DNA of 64,000 nucleotides. Source: Fibrobacteria bacterium. GTDB lineage: Bacteria > Fibrobacterota > Fibrobacteria > UBA11236 > JADFYW01. The translations under genes and the position numbers were made by a program. The notes beneath the pieces are model-generated. The model worked only from the letters and a program-made list of their open reading frames with translations, searched no databases and was not told the origin of the DNA. The stretch lies in assembly GCA_050294405.1 (NCBI GenBank), contig JBNKOC010000008.1:59332-123331 (forward strand), in the 5' to 3' direction. Each line of letters begins with the position of its first letter. The first letter of the stretch is position 1. Below are positions 29,372-38,733 of the stretch, piece by piece.

Positions 29372-30829
29372 TCATTCATAGGGCATGGCTAATAGCCTTA
29401 TAGCCTTCACTTTAACCTGAGAAGCTTCCGGAAGAGAGTTTTCTAATTTCACCTCTAAATTTTCGGCGATAAAATCAGGTAAATCCAAATATTGTGGTCC
29501 TGGAATAGCAGCTAATTCTAATCTGGCCTGCTCCCGCCCGGAGCTATGTAGGCTTAAAATTATTTGTTGGCCGGTTATCGCATTGGGCGCGGGGAGGAGA
29601 TCCAGCGTTAAACCCATAATTAAAGATTGGGATTTTAATTGGACGGCTAAATTTAACCCTTCTAAGATGGGCAAGTCCAAATTGTCCAGTTTCACTTCTG
29701 CCGAAGTTTCATCAGAAAGAAGTTGGCTGCTTTTGGGGCTTATCCATTTTGAATTTTGTGATCTCGAATCCAAAAACTTGTTTGCTAACCACATTCCCAT
29801 AAAGCCCAGAACAAATATAAGTAAGGCCAGGGAAATAAAAGAGCGGGCGGACTTCACCTGAACCACTCTTCTTCTGTCTGTGGACCGCCTGTCCGTAATT
29901 CTTTTTTCAGGTCCTGTATCTTTTTGCTGGGGGGAAGTACTAAAAGGAAGACTATGGCTCGCTTTTTTAATGGAGTCCATATCCTTCAACAATTCTGTGG
30001 CGTCTTTGTAGCGCTCTTCCTTATTTTTCTTGAGGCATTTTGCCACAATTAATTCCAGCCGTGGGTTTACATTCTTTTTGAGTTTCGAAAGTAAGGGAGG
30101 GTTTTCGTGAACTTGTTTATATGCAATGGAAAGGGGGTTTTCTCCCATAAAAGGTGGTTTTCCGCAAACCATTTCAAATAAAACCACGCCAAAGGAATAA
30201 ATATCGCTTTGAAAATCAATTTTATGGCCTTGGCATTGCTCAGGCGACATGTATTCGGGAGTGCCCATAGCCATTCCGGTAGTGGTTAGGCGGGTTCCCC
30301 CAGGCGTTTGGGCAATTCCAAAGTCAGAGATGTAGGCTCTTCCATCTGAATCGAGCATTACATTGCCCGACTTTATGTCGCGGTGAACAATTCCCTTCGA
30401 ATGGGAATATTTTAGCCCGCGGCAAATTTGTTTGCCAATGTTAATGACTTCATCTTCAGGCAAACCTTTTTTGCGTTCAATAATTTTGCAAAGGGTTTCC
30501 CCCCGTATATATTGCATAGCAATATAGCGTCGGTGATCTATTTCCCCGTAATCGTAAATGGTAACAATATTTTGATGTTGCAGGCGGGAAATGGCGAAAG
30601 CTTCGGAATTAAAGCGTTCGATAAAATCAGGAGTAGATAAAACCACAGGTAATACTTTTAAGGCGACGTACCTATCCAGTTTAAGGTGCTTGGCTTTATA
30701 TACATCGCCCATACCACCTCTGCCAAGGAGCTCTACAATGCGATAGGCGCCGAATTCAGAATTGATATTTAGGGACCCTGCTTTCATACTGGGCTTTGTG
30801 GGTGGGTCAAAGGTTATGGTTTCTGGCAT
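29372..30829 (-). CDS. Hanks-type Ser/Thr protein kinase with one TM helix and an extracytoplasmic C-terminal domain
   Basis: GRGGMGDVYKA, VALK, HRDIKSGNVML, DFGIA, TPEYMSPE. TM helix at LALLIFVLGFMGMWL. Confidence 0.85.
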   Translation of the reverse strand: MPETITFDPPTKPSMKAGSLNINSEFGAYRIVELLGRGGMGDVYKAKHLKLDRYVALKVLPVVLSTPDFIERFNSEAFAISRLQHQNIVTIYDYGEIDHRRYIAMQYIRGETLCKIIERKKGLPEDEVINIGKQICRGLKYSHSKGIVHRDIKSGNVMLDSDGRAYISDFGIAQTPGGTRLTTTGMAMGTPEYMSPEQCQGHKIDFQSDIYSFGVVLFEMVCGKPPFMGENPLSIAYKQVHENPPLLSKLKKNVNPRLELIVAKCLKKNKEERYKDATELLKDMDSIKKASHSLPFSTSPQQKDTGPEKRITDRRSTDRRRVVQVKSARSFISLALLIFVLGFMGMWLANKFLDSRSQNSKWISPKSSQLLSDETSAEVKLDNLDLPILEGLNLAVQLKSQSLIMGLTLDLLPAPNAITGQQIILSLHSSGREQARLELAAIPGPQYLDLPDFIAENLEVKLENSLPEASQVKVKAIRLLAMPYE

Positions 30830-31037
30830 TTACTTCCCGGATAAATCATTTATCGAAAATAAAGATTTTAAGGGGCTTAGCACAAATGAATAATCTGGAA
30901 AATAAAAAGACAAGGAATCTTGAAATAAAGTTGTTGTACAGTTATGAACTGTAAACAAATTCTCCCTCAAGCTCGCCGGGTCGTTAATTTATGTATCCTG
31001 GGCTCCTCTTCGAGCGTCTAATCTGAAGTCGCGATCC

Positions 31038-32240
31038 TCAATTTTTTGAGCGACCCAGAAGCTCTAAAAGTCCAGTTTTTAGCCTTTCAAGTCCTTTTTC
31101 TAAATCAGAAACATCGCTGGTAAAAGACATTCTGGCCCATCCTTCAATTCCAAATGCACTACCGGGCACCAGGGCTAATTTTTGTTTTTCCAGGAACCAA
31201 TGGCAAAACTCTTCACTGCTTTTAATAGGTTTTTCCTTATTTAAGAAGTTGGAAATGTTAAGTAAAAAGTAAAAGGCTCCTTCGGGACTAATAAAAGACA
31301 GTTTTTCAATACCCTTAAGTTTACTTTCCACAAGTTCTTTTCTTTTTGAAAGGCTGTCTCTCAAATCATCAATATAGGATTGCGCTTTTTCATAAGCACC
31401 CAGGGCGGCATATTGGGAGGGAAGGGAAGGATGATGGGTGGATTGGCCTTGAAAAGCAGTGATTAACTTGGCAATGGGGGTGGGGGCTGCGGTAAAGCCA
31501 ATTCGGTAACCGGTCATGGCATAGCGTTTGGAAACTCCATTGATAATTATGGTTCGCTGATACATTTCCCGCGACAAAGATGCAGGACTTTGAATGGAAC
31601 TCTCTCCATAAACAAGGCTCTCGTATATTTCATCAGAAAGGCAGTACAAATCATTTTCCGCAATTATTTGCCCTAACTTTTCCAACTCTTCCCCATCAAT
31701 AACGGTCCCAGAAGGGTTGTTGGGTGAATTTAAAACGATGGCCTTGGTTTTTGGACTTATGTATTGGGCTATATCCTTGGCTTGAGGCTTAAAATTTTTT
31801 TTAGCGTCCGTGGGAATTATTTTTGGAACCGCTCCTAAGAGACGTACCAGTTCCGGGTAGGTAACCCAGTAGGGCGAAAAAATCAAAATTTCATCCCCTG
31901 GATTGATAACCGCGTTTAACGCATTAAAAAAGGCGTGCTTAGCTCCAGAGGAAACAGTGATATCTTGGGGCTGGTAATGGAGATTGTTTTCTATTTCTAA
32001 TTTTTTACAAATAGCTTTTCGCAATTCTAACAATCCCGCAGGAGAATTGTATTTGGAATAATCTTTTTCAATAGCCTTAATAGCGTTTTTTTTTGCCTGC
32101 TCTGGCGAGGCTTCTTTAGGTTCGCCGCTGGTAAGGTTAATGATATCTTCTCCCCTGGCTTGCATTTCCTTAGCCAGGGAGTCTAAGGAAACTGTTACAG
32201 ATGGAGCCAAGTCTAAAATTTTATGGGAGAGGGCTTTCAC
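31038..32240 (-). CDS. PLP-dependent class I aminotransferase (AspAT-like)
   Basis: NPSGTV, SKRYAMTGYRIGF (PLP-Lys); 400 aa. Start overlaps the MMPL stop by 20 nt. Confidence 0.85.
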   Translation of the reverse strand: MKALSHKILDLAPSVTVSLDSLAKEMQARGEDIINLTSGEPKEASPEQAKKNAIKAIEKDYSKYNSPAGLLELRKAICKKLEIENNLHYQPQDITVSSGAKHAFFNALNAVINPGDEILIFSPYWVTYPELVRLLGAVPKIIPTDAKKNFKPQAKDIAQYISPKTKAIVLNSPNNPSGTVIDGEELEKLGQIIAENDLYCLSDEIYESLVYGESSIQSPASLSREMYQRTIIINGVSKRYAMTGYRIGFTAAPTPIAKLITAFQGQSTHHPSLPSQYAALGAYEKAQSYIDDLRDSLSKRKELVESKLKGIEKLSFISPEGAFYFLLNISNFLNKEKPIKSSEEFCHWFLEKQKLALVPGSAFGIEGWARMSFTSDVSDLEKGLERLKTGLLELLGRSKN

Positions 32241-34638
32241 TATTTTCGCTCAATTGATTGATTTTTTTTGAATCCAAATATCCTAATAAAAACGGGGAAA
32301 ACAAAAGGGTGGCCAAAAAGGTCGACCCGATTCCCAAAATAGCTGTCAGCCCCATACTTTTCAATCCTAAATGGTGAGAAAAGCCAAGCCCAATAAAGCC
32401 GGCAAGAGAAGTTAGGGAGGTAGCAGTAATAATAACCCCTGTTTTTCTTAGAACCCAATATAAGGAGCCTATGCCTTCTTCCTTGTATCTATGGAATAAA
32501 TGCACACTGTTATCGATGCCAATCCCAATCATGGCTGGCAAAACTACAAGGTTGAAATAATTAATGCGTATTGAAAAAATACGCATGAGTCCCATTGTCC
32601 AAAGAATACCCAAAATTAAGGGTATTAATACCAAGACAGTGGCTTTTAGGGAGCGGGTATTCAACAAAATTAAAGCGAACACAATGAACAAGGATAATAT
32701 CAAAGCTTTAATGGTGTCCGGTATCATGATATTCAACAAATCTGCATACACCAGCGCCATTCCAGAACTTTTGTATACATTGCCTTCGGGGGTTGTAATT
32801 TCTCTTACATCATTTGCAAAGGCTCTGCAATTTATCCCGCTGGATAAATCCACCGAAGGAAAAATAAAAACGAAATTTTCTTCTAACTGGTTTTTACCTA
32901 TAAACTTTTTCTTAAAGCTAGGAGGCAAGTCGGTTAATCCCAAAGGTTTTACGTTCCAGTTGTTTCGCAATCGGATTAACTCAGCAGGCAACAAACTGTC
33001 GGGAGTAGAGCTAAAAACAGGTTCCAGCTTTTCTTTTATCTCATTTATGATTTGTATTTTTTCCGTTTGGTTTTGAGGCAGGAGGCTGTGGAGAGAGTAA
33101 ACCGAATGTATAGTTGGACTTAAGCTATCCGTCTTAATTTGCCTTTGAATTTCCCGAGTAACCTCCGCCGCTTTGTCCGGGGAATCGGTCATAATTACGG
33201 CTGGCGTGACTATGGCTTCACCTGCAATGTGCAGTAAACTGTCTGCAGTCTCATTGGAGTTGGCAAAATCCAGTTTTTCAAAATTGTATTCAAAACGGGT
33301 TTGAACCCCTAATATTAAACTAAATATGCTGATAAAAAAAGTGGCTATGCCAAAGGGCTTCCAGAGAGAAAATTTCCGTCGCTTAAAAAGATTTAAGCTA
33401 TACATACGGCTGCCAAAAACATAAACCAACCGTTGCTTTTCTAAAAGAATCAGGATACAGGGAAACACCAATAATATGGCAATCATGGTGCAAATAATTC
33501 CCAATCCCGCTATGATGCCAAATTCCGAAAAACCTTTAAACTGAGTTATGGTAATACTAAAAAAAGCCCCTGCTGATGTGAGCGCGCTGGTAGAAATGGC
33601 AGGTCCTGTTTCTAATGTTATGGTTTCAAAAGCCACCTCAGCCCCAAATCCTTTGCGGCGTTCTTCTACATATCTGGCTAATAGGTGTAAGGCGGCGTCT
33701 AAACCAAGACCAATTAAAATAATTCCCAGAGATAGGGAAACTAAATTCAAGTGCCCCACAAAAATTTTAGCCAGGGCCAAAGTCCAGATAACCCCCATTC
33801 CCAGAGGAACAAGAGCTAATATGGGGCCTAGTGGCATTCTAAAATAAAACAAGGCAATTAGAAAGAATATGGCAAAAAAGGAAACCCAACCCGATTCTGT
33901 AACTTCCCTCATAAGCCTACCTTCATTTTGGATAGTTTCCAAAACTTCACCAGTCATTAAAATATCAAGACTACTATCCTGTTTTAAGGGGTCAATAACT
34001 CTATTTACATCCCGGTACAAAGATTTACATTGAGTGTAATTGGATACATCAAAATTTGGAAATATATGCAGAATCAAAATGGTTTCATCCAGGCTTCCGT
34101 AATAGGGTTTTAGACGCCTGTTGTATTTTTGTTCTAAATCCTTAAAGTCCAGTTCTGGCTCGACGGGCGAATCTAGACTGTCTTCAGAACTAAGGTCTAC
34201 TAATAAGGGATTGTTTTTTGCCTGGTGAAAAACTACCAGGCTATCGACCCTTTCCTCAATGGTTTTTAAATCTTCCAGGTTGATGTATAGCAGTTGGTTT
34301 TCTGAATAATATTGAATTTCATTTTTATAGTCCAAAAAATTAATGTTGGGGTGAGTGGAGAGCGCATTGGCTGTTTGTTGTAAAGTCCTTTTGTTAAAAT
34401 TGGAGTCGGGAGATTGAAATATTAAGGTAAGTTTTCCCAATCCTCCAAAATTTTCTTCTGTTTTTTTTAGCAGTTGAATGCTGTGGAATTCGTTAGGGAG
34501 TACTTCTAAAAGAGAGGATTTTAAATGAATTTTATTAGCATAAAATGCGGCGATTGCAGTGAGTAAAAGACAAAGGCATATGACAGTAACGGGTCTTTTA
34601 TGTAACTTATGAAATAATCTGCAAATAAGAGTATACAT
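32221..34638 (-). CDS. MMPL/RND-superfamily exporter (two SSD-like 6-TM bundles)
   Basis: 805 aa with two blocks of about 6 TM helices separated by soluble loops; typical MMPL architecture. Confidence 0.75.
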   Translation of the reverse strand: MYTLICRLFHKLHKRPVTVICLCLLLTAIAAFYANKIHLKSSLLEVLPNEFHSIQLLKKTEENFGGLGKLTLIFQSPDSNFNKRTLQQTANALSTHPNINFLDYKNEIQYYSENQLLYINLEDLKTIEERVDSLVVFHQAKNNPLLVDLSSEDSLDSPVEPELDFKDLEQKYNRRLKPYYGSLDETILILHIFPNFDVSNYTQCKSLYRDVNRVIDPLKQDSSLDILMTGEVLETIQNEGRLMREVTESGWVSFFAIFFLIALFYFRMPLGPILALVPLGMGVIWTLALAKIFVGHLNLVSLSLGIILIGLGLDAALHLLARYVEERRKGFGAEVAFETITLETGPAISTSALTSAGAFFSITITQFKGFSEFGIIAGLGIICTMIAILLVFPCILILLEKQRLVYVFGSRMYSLNLFKRRKFSLWKPFGIATFFISIFSLILGVQTRFEYNFEKLDFANSNETADSLLHIAGEAIVTPAVIMTDSPDKAAEVTREIQRQIKTDSLSPTIHSVYSLHSLLPQNQTEKIQIINEIKEKLEPVFSSTPDSLLPAELIRLRNNWNVKPLGLTDLPPSFKKKFIGKNQLEENFVFIFPSVDLSSGINCRAFANDVREITTPEGNVYKSSGMALVYADLLNIMIPDTIKALILSLFIVFALILLNTRSLKATVLVLIPLILGILWTMGLMRIFSIRINYFNLVVLPAMIGIGIDNSVHLFHRYKEEGIGSLYWVLRKTGVIITATSLTSLAGFIGLGFSHHLGLKSMGLTAILGIGSTFLATLLFSPFLLGYLDSKKINQLSENSESPLP

Positions 34639-34657
34639 GAAAGGCTTTAACCAAACA

Positions 34658-35704
34658 TTAATTCAGGACAATTGTTTTCGTGGAAATCGAATCTGAGGCT
34701 GCCAGGTTATTTACTCTGAATTTTTTAATTCCCAATATTTGCCCGTTTTCCAATTCTACTTTTATTTTCCATAATCCATCTTCAATGTTATTTTTATAGG
34801 TGTAACCCCTGTATCCCGAACTGCGTCCGCTTTTAATTTGAAAGCCAATTTTATCCCGTTTTTGCCAGCTTTTTTGCCTCTCGTTATAATATTCCCATTG
34901 ATGGTAAATTTTTGTTTCAATACCATCGGGAGCAAATATGGAGCTAAAACAGGAAACAGGCTGATTTAACGGCTTTTGAATATTTTGTCTTCCCGGTTTT
35001 AAAAAGTAATACCAGGGCTTCTTTGCTACCGTGGCGCGGTACTCATTGTTTTCTTTTTGAATTTTCAAACTAAGCGCCATATTTTTTTGTACGAGAGGAA
35101 CCGGGGGAATAATGTTTGCAATAAAGAAAAGAACCAAAATTATTTGCCCCAGAACGGAGGGCATTAGATTTTTAATGTTTTGCCGGGTTAGTTTTTTTAG
35201 GCCATAAGTTATGGCAAGGGCTAAAAGGCAGCTCAGGATAAACCAAATGGAATGTATACTTCCGAATACATGGGGCAATCCAAAATTTATAAACATGGTT
35301 CCGCAAAGAGTAAATAAAGTCCAACTAATTATTTTTTTCTGGTAATAATCAGCCAAAAACTCATTGAGAACTAAAAATACCAAAAGCAAAAAAACTGTGA
35401 TATATCCCCAAATATGGGAACTGGACTTAAAATAAAACACTACTAATGCGCTGAATATTCCGCCAAGAAAAAATTGCAAGCCCAGGGGTATGTATTTGCT
35501 CCATTTTCCCCCTAATTTTTTTTCCATGGCAAAAAGGCAAAACCCCGCGCCTAAATAATATGCCATTATGATATATAGATCGCTGGGTTTGATTTGCCGT
35601 CCCAAGGTAAAAGAGTCCCATAAAAAACCTGCAAAAAAGGCAATAGCAGGAAAATATCGGCTAACCCGCTTGTATTTGTCGGCGACGTTCTTTCTAATAC
35701 TCAT
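34658..35704 (-). CDS. hypothetical polytopic membrane protein with a C-terminal soluble beta-rich domain
   Basis: About 8 TM helices followed by a ~120-aa domain (..WKIKVELENGQILGIKKFRV..). Confidence 0.35.
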   Translation of the reverse strand: MSIRKNVADKYKRVSRYFPAIAFFAGFLWDSFTLGRQIKPSDLYIIMAYYLGAGFCLFAMEKKLGGKWSKYIPLGLQFFLGGIFSALVVFYFKSSSHIWGYITVFLLLVFLVLNEFLADYYQKKIISWTLFTLCGTMFINFGLPHVFGSIHSIWFILSCLLALAITYGLKKLTRQNIKNLMPSVLGQIILVLFFIANIIPPVPLVQKNMALSLKIQKENNEYRATVAKKPWYYFLKPGRQNIQKPLNQPVSCFSSIFAPDGIETKIYHQWEYYNERQKSWQKRDKIGFQIKSGRSSGYRGYTYKNNIEDGLWKIKVELENGQILGIKKFRVNNLAASDSISTKTIVLN

Positions 35705-35746
35705 TGAGTAAGATATAGTTTTTTGCGGCCATTTCCACAGATGTTT

Positions 35747-36625
35747 TTATTGGGGTCGGGTAATAAGTCCTGTAATAAATCCCTTTTTTAGCTCCCAAAC
35801 TCCCTTGAAAAGGATTGCCCAATCCCTTTGACCATTTTTGCGGCTGTGGAATTCTAAAAAATAAAGCATTCTCCTTAAAAAGGGCTTTATGTTAACTAAA
35901 AGACCATGTCTGCCCCAGAAGTAAGCCTCATTGAAACATTGGTGAAACACAAAATTTTCTTTGAAATTTTGGGAACGGCAACCTCCAAGGGGAATTTTTC
36001 GATGAAATATTCTCATTTTTGAATTGAAGTAAATTTTTCCGCCCTTATTTAAAAATCGCCTGGCGAAATCAATTTCTTCTCCCTGTGAGCTGCCTTTAAA
36101 GTGCTTTGAAAATTTCAAGGACTTTGCCCAGTGGAGGGGGATTATGTTATGGCCACCTGGAAACATTTCGCAGAAAAAATTGGACTTGGAATTGTAATTG
36201 GTTTTTATTTCTCCTGTAACCAAATCCACGGTTCCTACACCCTCCACATCGGGGACGTCTTGTTGGTCCACCGCTCCGGCAATAATATGATTTGGAAATT
36301 GTAATATGCTTTGTTTAGCCATTTCAATTAAGTCGGAGTTTGGAATAATATCATCATCCAGAAACATAACATGGCCACCGGCGGCTTTATTGATACCAAA
36401 ATTTCTCGCTTTGGTCAGGGAAGGGGGATGGTTCCAGTAGAACTTAATATTGTCCCGTTGGCTAAACTTTTGCGGGATTTCCAGAGGAGGGGAGTTTTGA
36501 TCAATAATTAATATTTCATCGCTATCCTTTATTTGATTGGCAAGAACATCTAAGGTTTCGAATAGAACCTCACTTCTTCCCAAGCTGGGAATAATTATGG
36601 AAATGTTTGGACTTGGGTTATTCAT
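35747..36625 (-). CDS. family 2 glycosyltransferase
   Basis: ISIIIPSLGR...ILIIDQNS...FLDDDIIP (DxD); 292 aa. Confidence 0.75.
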   Translation of the reverse strand: MNNPSPNISIIIPSLGRSEVLFETLDVLANQIKDSDEILIIDQNSPPLEIPQKFSQRDNIKFYWNHPPSLTKARNFGINKAAGGHVMFLDDDIIPNSDLIEMAKQSILQFPNHIIAGAVDQQDVPDVEGVGTVDLVTGEIKTNYNSKSNFFCEMFPGGHNIIPLHWAKSLKFSKHFKGSSQGEEIDFARRFLNKGGKIYFNSKMRIFHRKIPLGGCRSQNFKENFVFHQCFNEAYFWGRHGLLVNIKPFLRRMLYFLEFHSRKNGQRDWAILFKGVWELKKGFITGLITRPQ

Positions 36626-38733
36626 TAAAATTGCTGCAATTTTGTTTTAAAAGCCCTTATTTTTTGTTGTTCACATAAAAGATGAAACTGAGCGAGATTT
36701 TTCCTAAGTTCATAACCGTCATACAACTCTTTTTGCTGAAAGAAGTTTTCTAAATTTTGGCCAGATGGCAAATTTTTTGCAAGAGGATAACATGCCATGT
36801 TTCCACCACTGTTTTGATAATTAAAACATTCCACTTCGTTTCCCGCATTTAAGTAGGGGTGAAAATATTTTCCTAAAAAAGCTTTCCATTGGAAATTTCC
36901 TTTTTCATTTTCTTCCCAAATAAGAAAGTTTAAAATGTCTTGGCTCACTTCAGCTTCTTTATCGTAAAAAACATCTTTACTGGAATCGGATTGGGCTAAA
37001 TAATACCAATGCAGCAGGCTTTTTATGTAGCTAAGTTTTGCGATGATGCTCTTATCCTTTTTCGCTTTGCCAGCCATTTTTTCTGATAAAATTTTTAAAG
37101 CCATTTCTCTTTCAAGACTATAGTTTTCCCTGGGTGTTTGGCTTAGCATTCCGTTCAATTCTACCCAAAGACTGTCTTTTTTTTGAAATGTATGTTTTTC
37201 TTTTTGCCTTAACTCAAAAACCACATTTTTTGTGCTCTGGGCAAGCTCAATTCCGGCAAGGCTGTTTTCCCAATTTCCCAATTGGGAGATAATATTTTGA
37301 GCCTTTTCCAGGTATTGGATTTTTAGAAATAATAAGCCAAGTTGCGCGTAATAGTTTTTATCCGGGATTGAAAAATGGTCTGCCACCCATAAGTAAATTT
37401 CAAAAAGGCTTTTGGCTCCGTCAAAACTAAGCTCGGAATTTAATAATGCGATATTATTCAAGTATATCCTGGTGGAGTCCAGGTATTCCATATGTTCGGA
37501 AACTATAGATTTAGAAAACCGGACAGCTTTTAAATAATTCCATATTGATTTTTCCCAATTTTCTAAACCCGAAGAATCGGGTATTGTGCAATCCTGTATT
37601 TGGGTTTGACGGGAATAACATTGGTAGAGTTGCTTGATTTGTAACAACTTTTTTTCTCCACTACTGTTCTTCTCAGCTAAAGTCACATCAACGGATTCCG
37701 CAATAAAATCCATACTTTCACTTTTGACATTTCTAAGTAAATACAAGCAAAAAGAATAATAATCGGAGAATGACCAGTTTTTGATTTGTTCATTTTCAAA
37801 AATTATTTTGGGATGGATTAGGCTGTCTAAAATCAGGTCCGCTAAGCTAAAAGTCAGTAATAGTTTTTTTTCCTCTTTTAATTCCCAGTTGATGTAGTTA
37901 ACTAGGTTGCTGCTTATTTCTTCATATTCTTTTTGCTTGTCTTTACTGGCTTTACAACCCTGGTAAAAAAAATTGTATAAACTGGATTGCTGCAATTTTG
38001 GATTGTCTTTTTGGAGAAAAAGCTTTTCTAATTGCAGGCAACTGAGCTCTTTTTGTCCATTGATATAACTTAAATCAGCCAAGTGGAACAGAAGGCTGTC
38101 TTTGATCTCCTTCTCCAGATTTTTGTTGAGCAGTTCCTTTAGCTTAGCAATGGCCCCATTAACATTTCCTTTTTGGCTCTCCAGCTCAATAATTCTGAAC
38201 TCTGCTTCGGCTAACCTCTGGTAATAGTCCTTTTGAGTTATGGGCAAAAAAAAGAGTTTCGATATTTTCTGAAGTTCTTCCAGGGCTTCTCTATATTGAT
38301 TTTCCCTGTAGTATATTTGGTATAAGTAAAAACGGGCCAAAGAGCCAAAACGGGTGCTTCCATCAAAGCTTTGTGTGAGCTCCTTAAAAAGGCTCTTCGA
38401 CTTTTCCAATCGCCCCTGATTCCACAACAAAGCTCCCAGATTTAATTGTATTTCCGGCAATTGAGGGGAGTGGGAAAAATCTTTTAAGTATTCCCCATAC
38501 ATATGCCATAAGTTTTGGTAAAAAAGAGAGTCGGGTTTTTCTTTTTCCTGGCCGGATTCCAGGGCAAGGTTAAATACATTCAGGATTTCGTTTTCACTGA
38601 GGTTTTTTATCCCTGGGTTGGATGTTACGAATTGATTAAAACGCTCAAATTTTTCCACTTGGCTAAAGCCCATGAAGGGCAATAACAGGAAAAGCCCTGT
38701 GTTAATTTTTTTTATTGTTTTGATCTTAACCAA
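36625..38733 (-). CDS. hypothetical secreted alpha-helical repeat (TPR-like) protein
   Basis: Signal peptide; 702 aa, Leu/Lys/Tyr-rich helical repeats. 1-nt overlap with the GT2 start. Confidence 0.3.
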   Translation of the reverse strand: MVKIKTIKKINTGLFLLLPFMGFSQVEKFERFNQFVTSNPGIKNLSENEILNVFNLALESGQEKEKPDSLFYQNLWHMYGEYLKDFSHSPQLPEIQLNLGALLWNQGRLEKSKSLFKELTQSFDGSTRFGSLARFYLYQIYYRENQYREALEELQKISKLFFLPITQKDYYQRLAEAEFRIIELESQKGNVNGAIAKLKELLNKNLEKEIKDSLLFHLADLSYINGQKELSCLQLEKLFLQKDNPKLQQSSLYNFFYQGCKASKDKQKEYEEISSNLVNYINWELKEEKKLLLTFSLADLILDSLIHPKIIFENEQIKNWSFSDYYSFCLYLLRNVKSESMDFIAESVDVTLAEKNSSGEKKLLQIKQLYQCYSRQTQIQDCTIPDSSGLENWEKSIWNYLKAVRFSKSIVSEHMEYLDSTRIYLNNIALLNSELSFDGAKSLFEIYLWVADHFSIPDKNYYAQLGLLFLKIQYLEKAQNIISQLGNWENSLAGIELAQSTKNVVFELRQKEKHTFQKKDSLWVELNGMLSQTPRENYSLEREMALKILSEKMAGKAKKDKSIIAKLSYIKSLLHWYYLAQSDSSKDVFYDKEAEVSQDILNFLIWEENEKGNFQWKAFLGKYFHPYLNAGNEVECFNYQNSGGNMACYPLAKNLPSGQNLENFFQQKELYDGYELRKNLAQFHLLCEQQKIRAFKTKLQQF

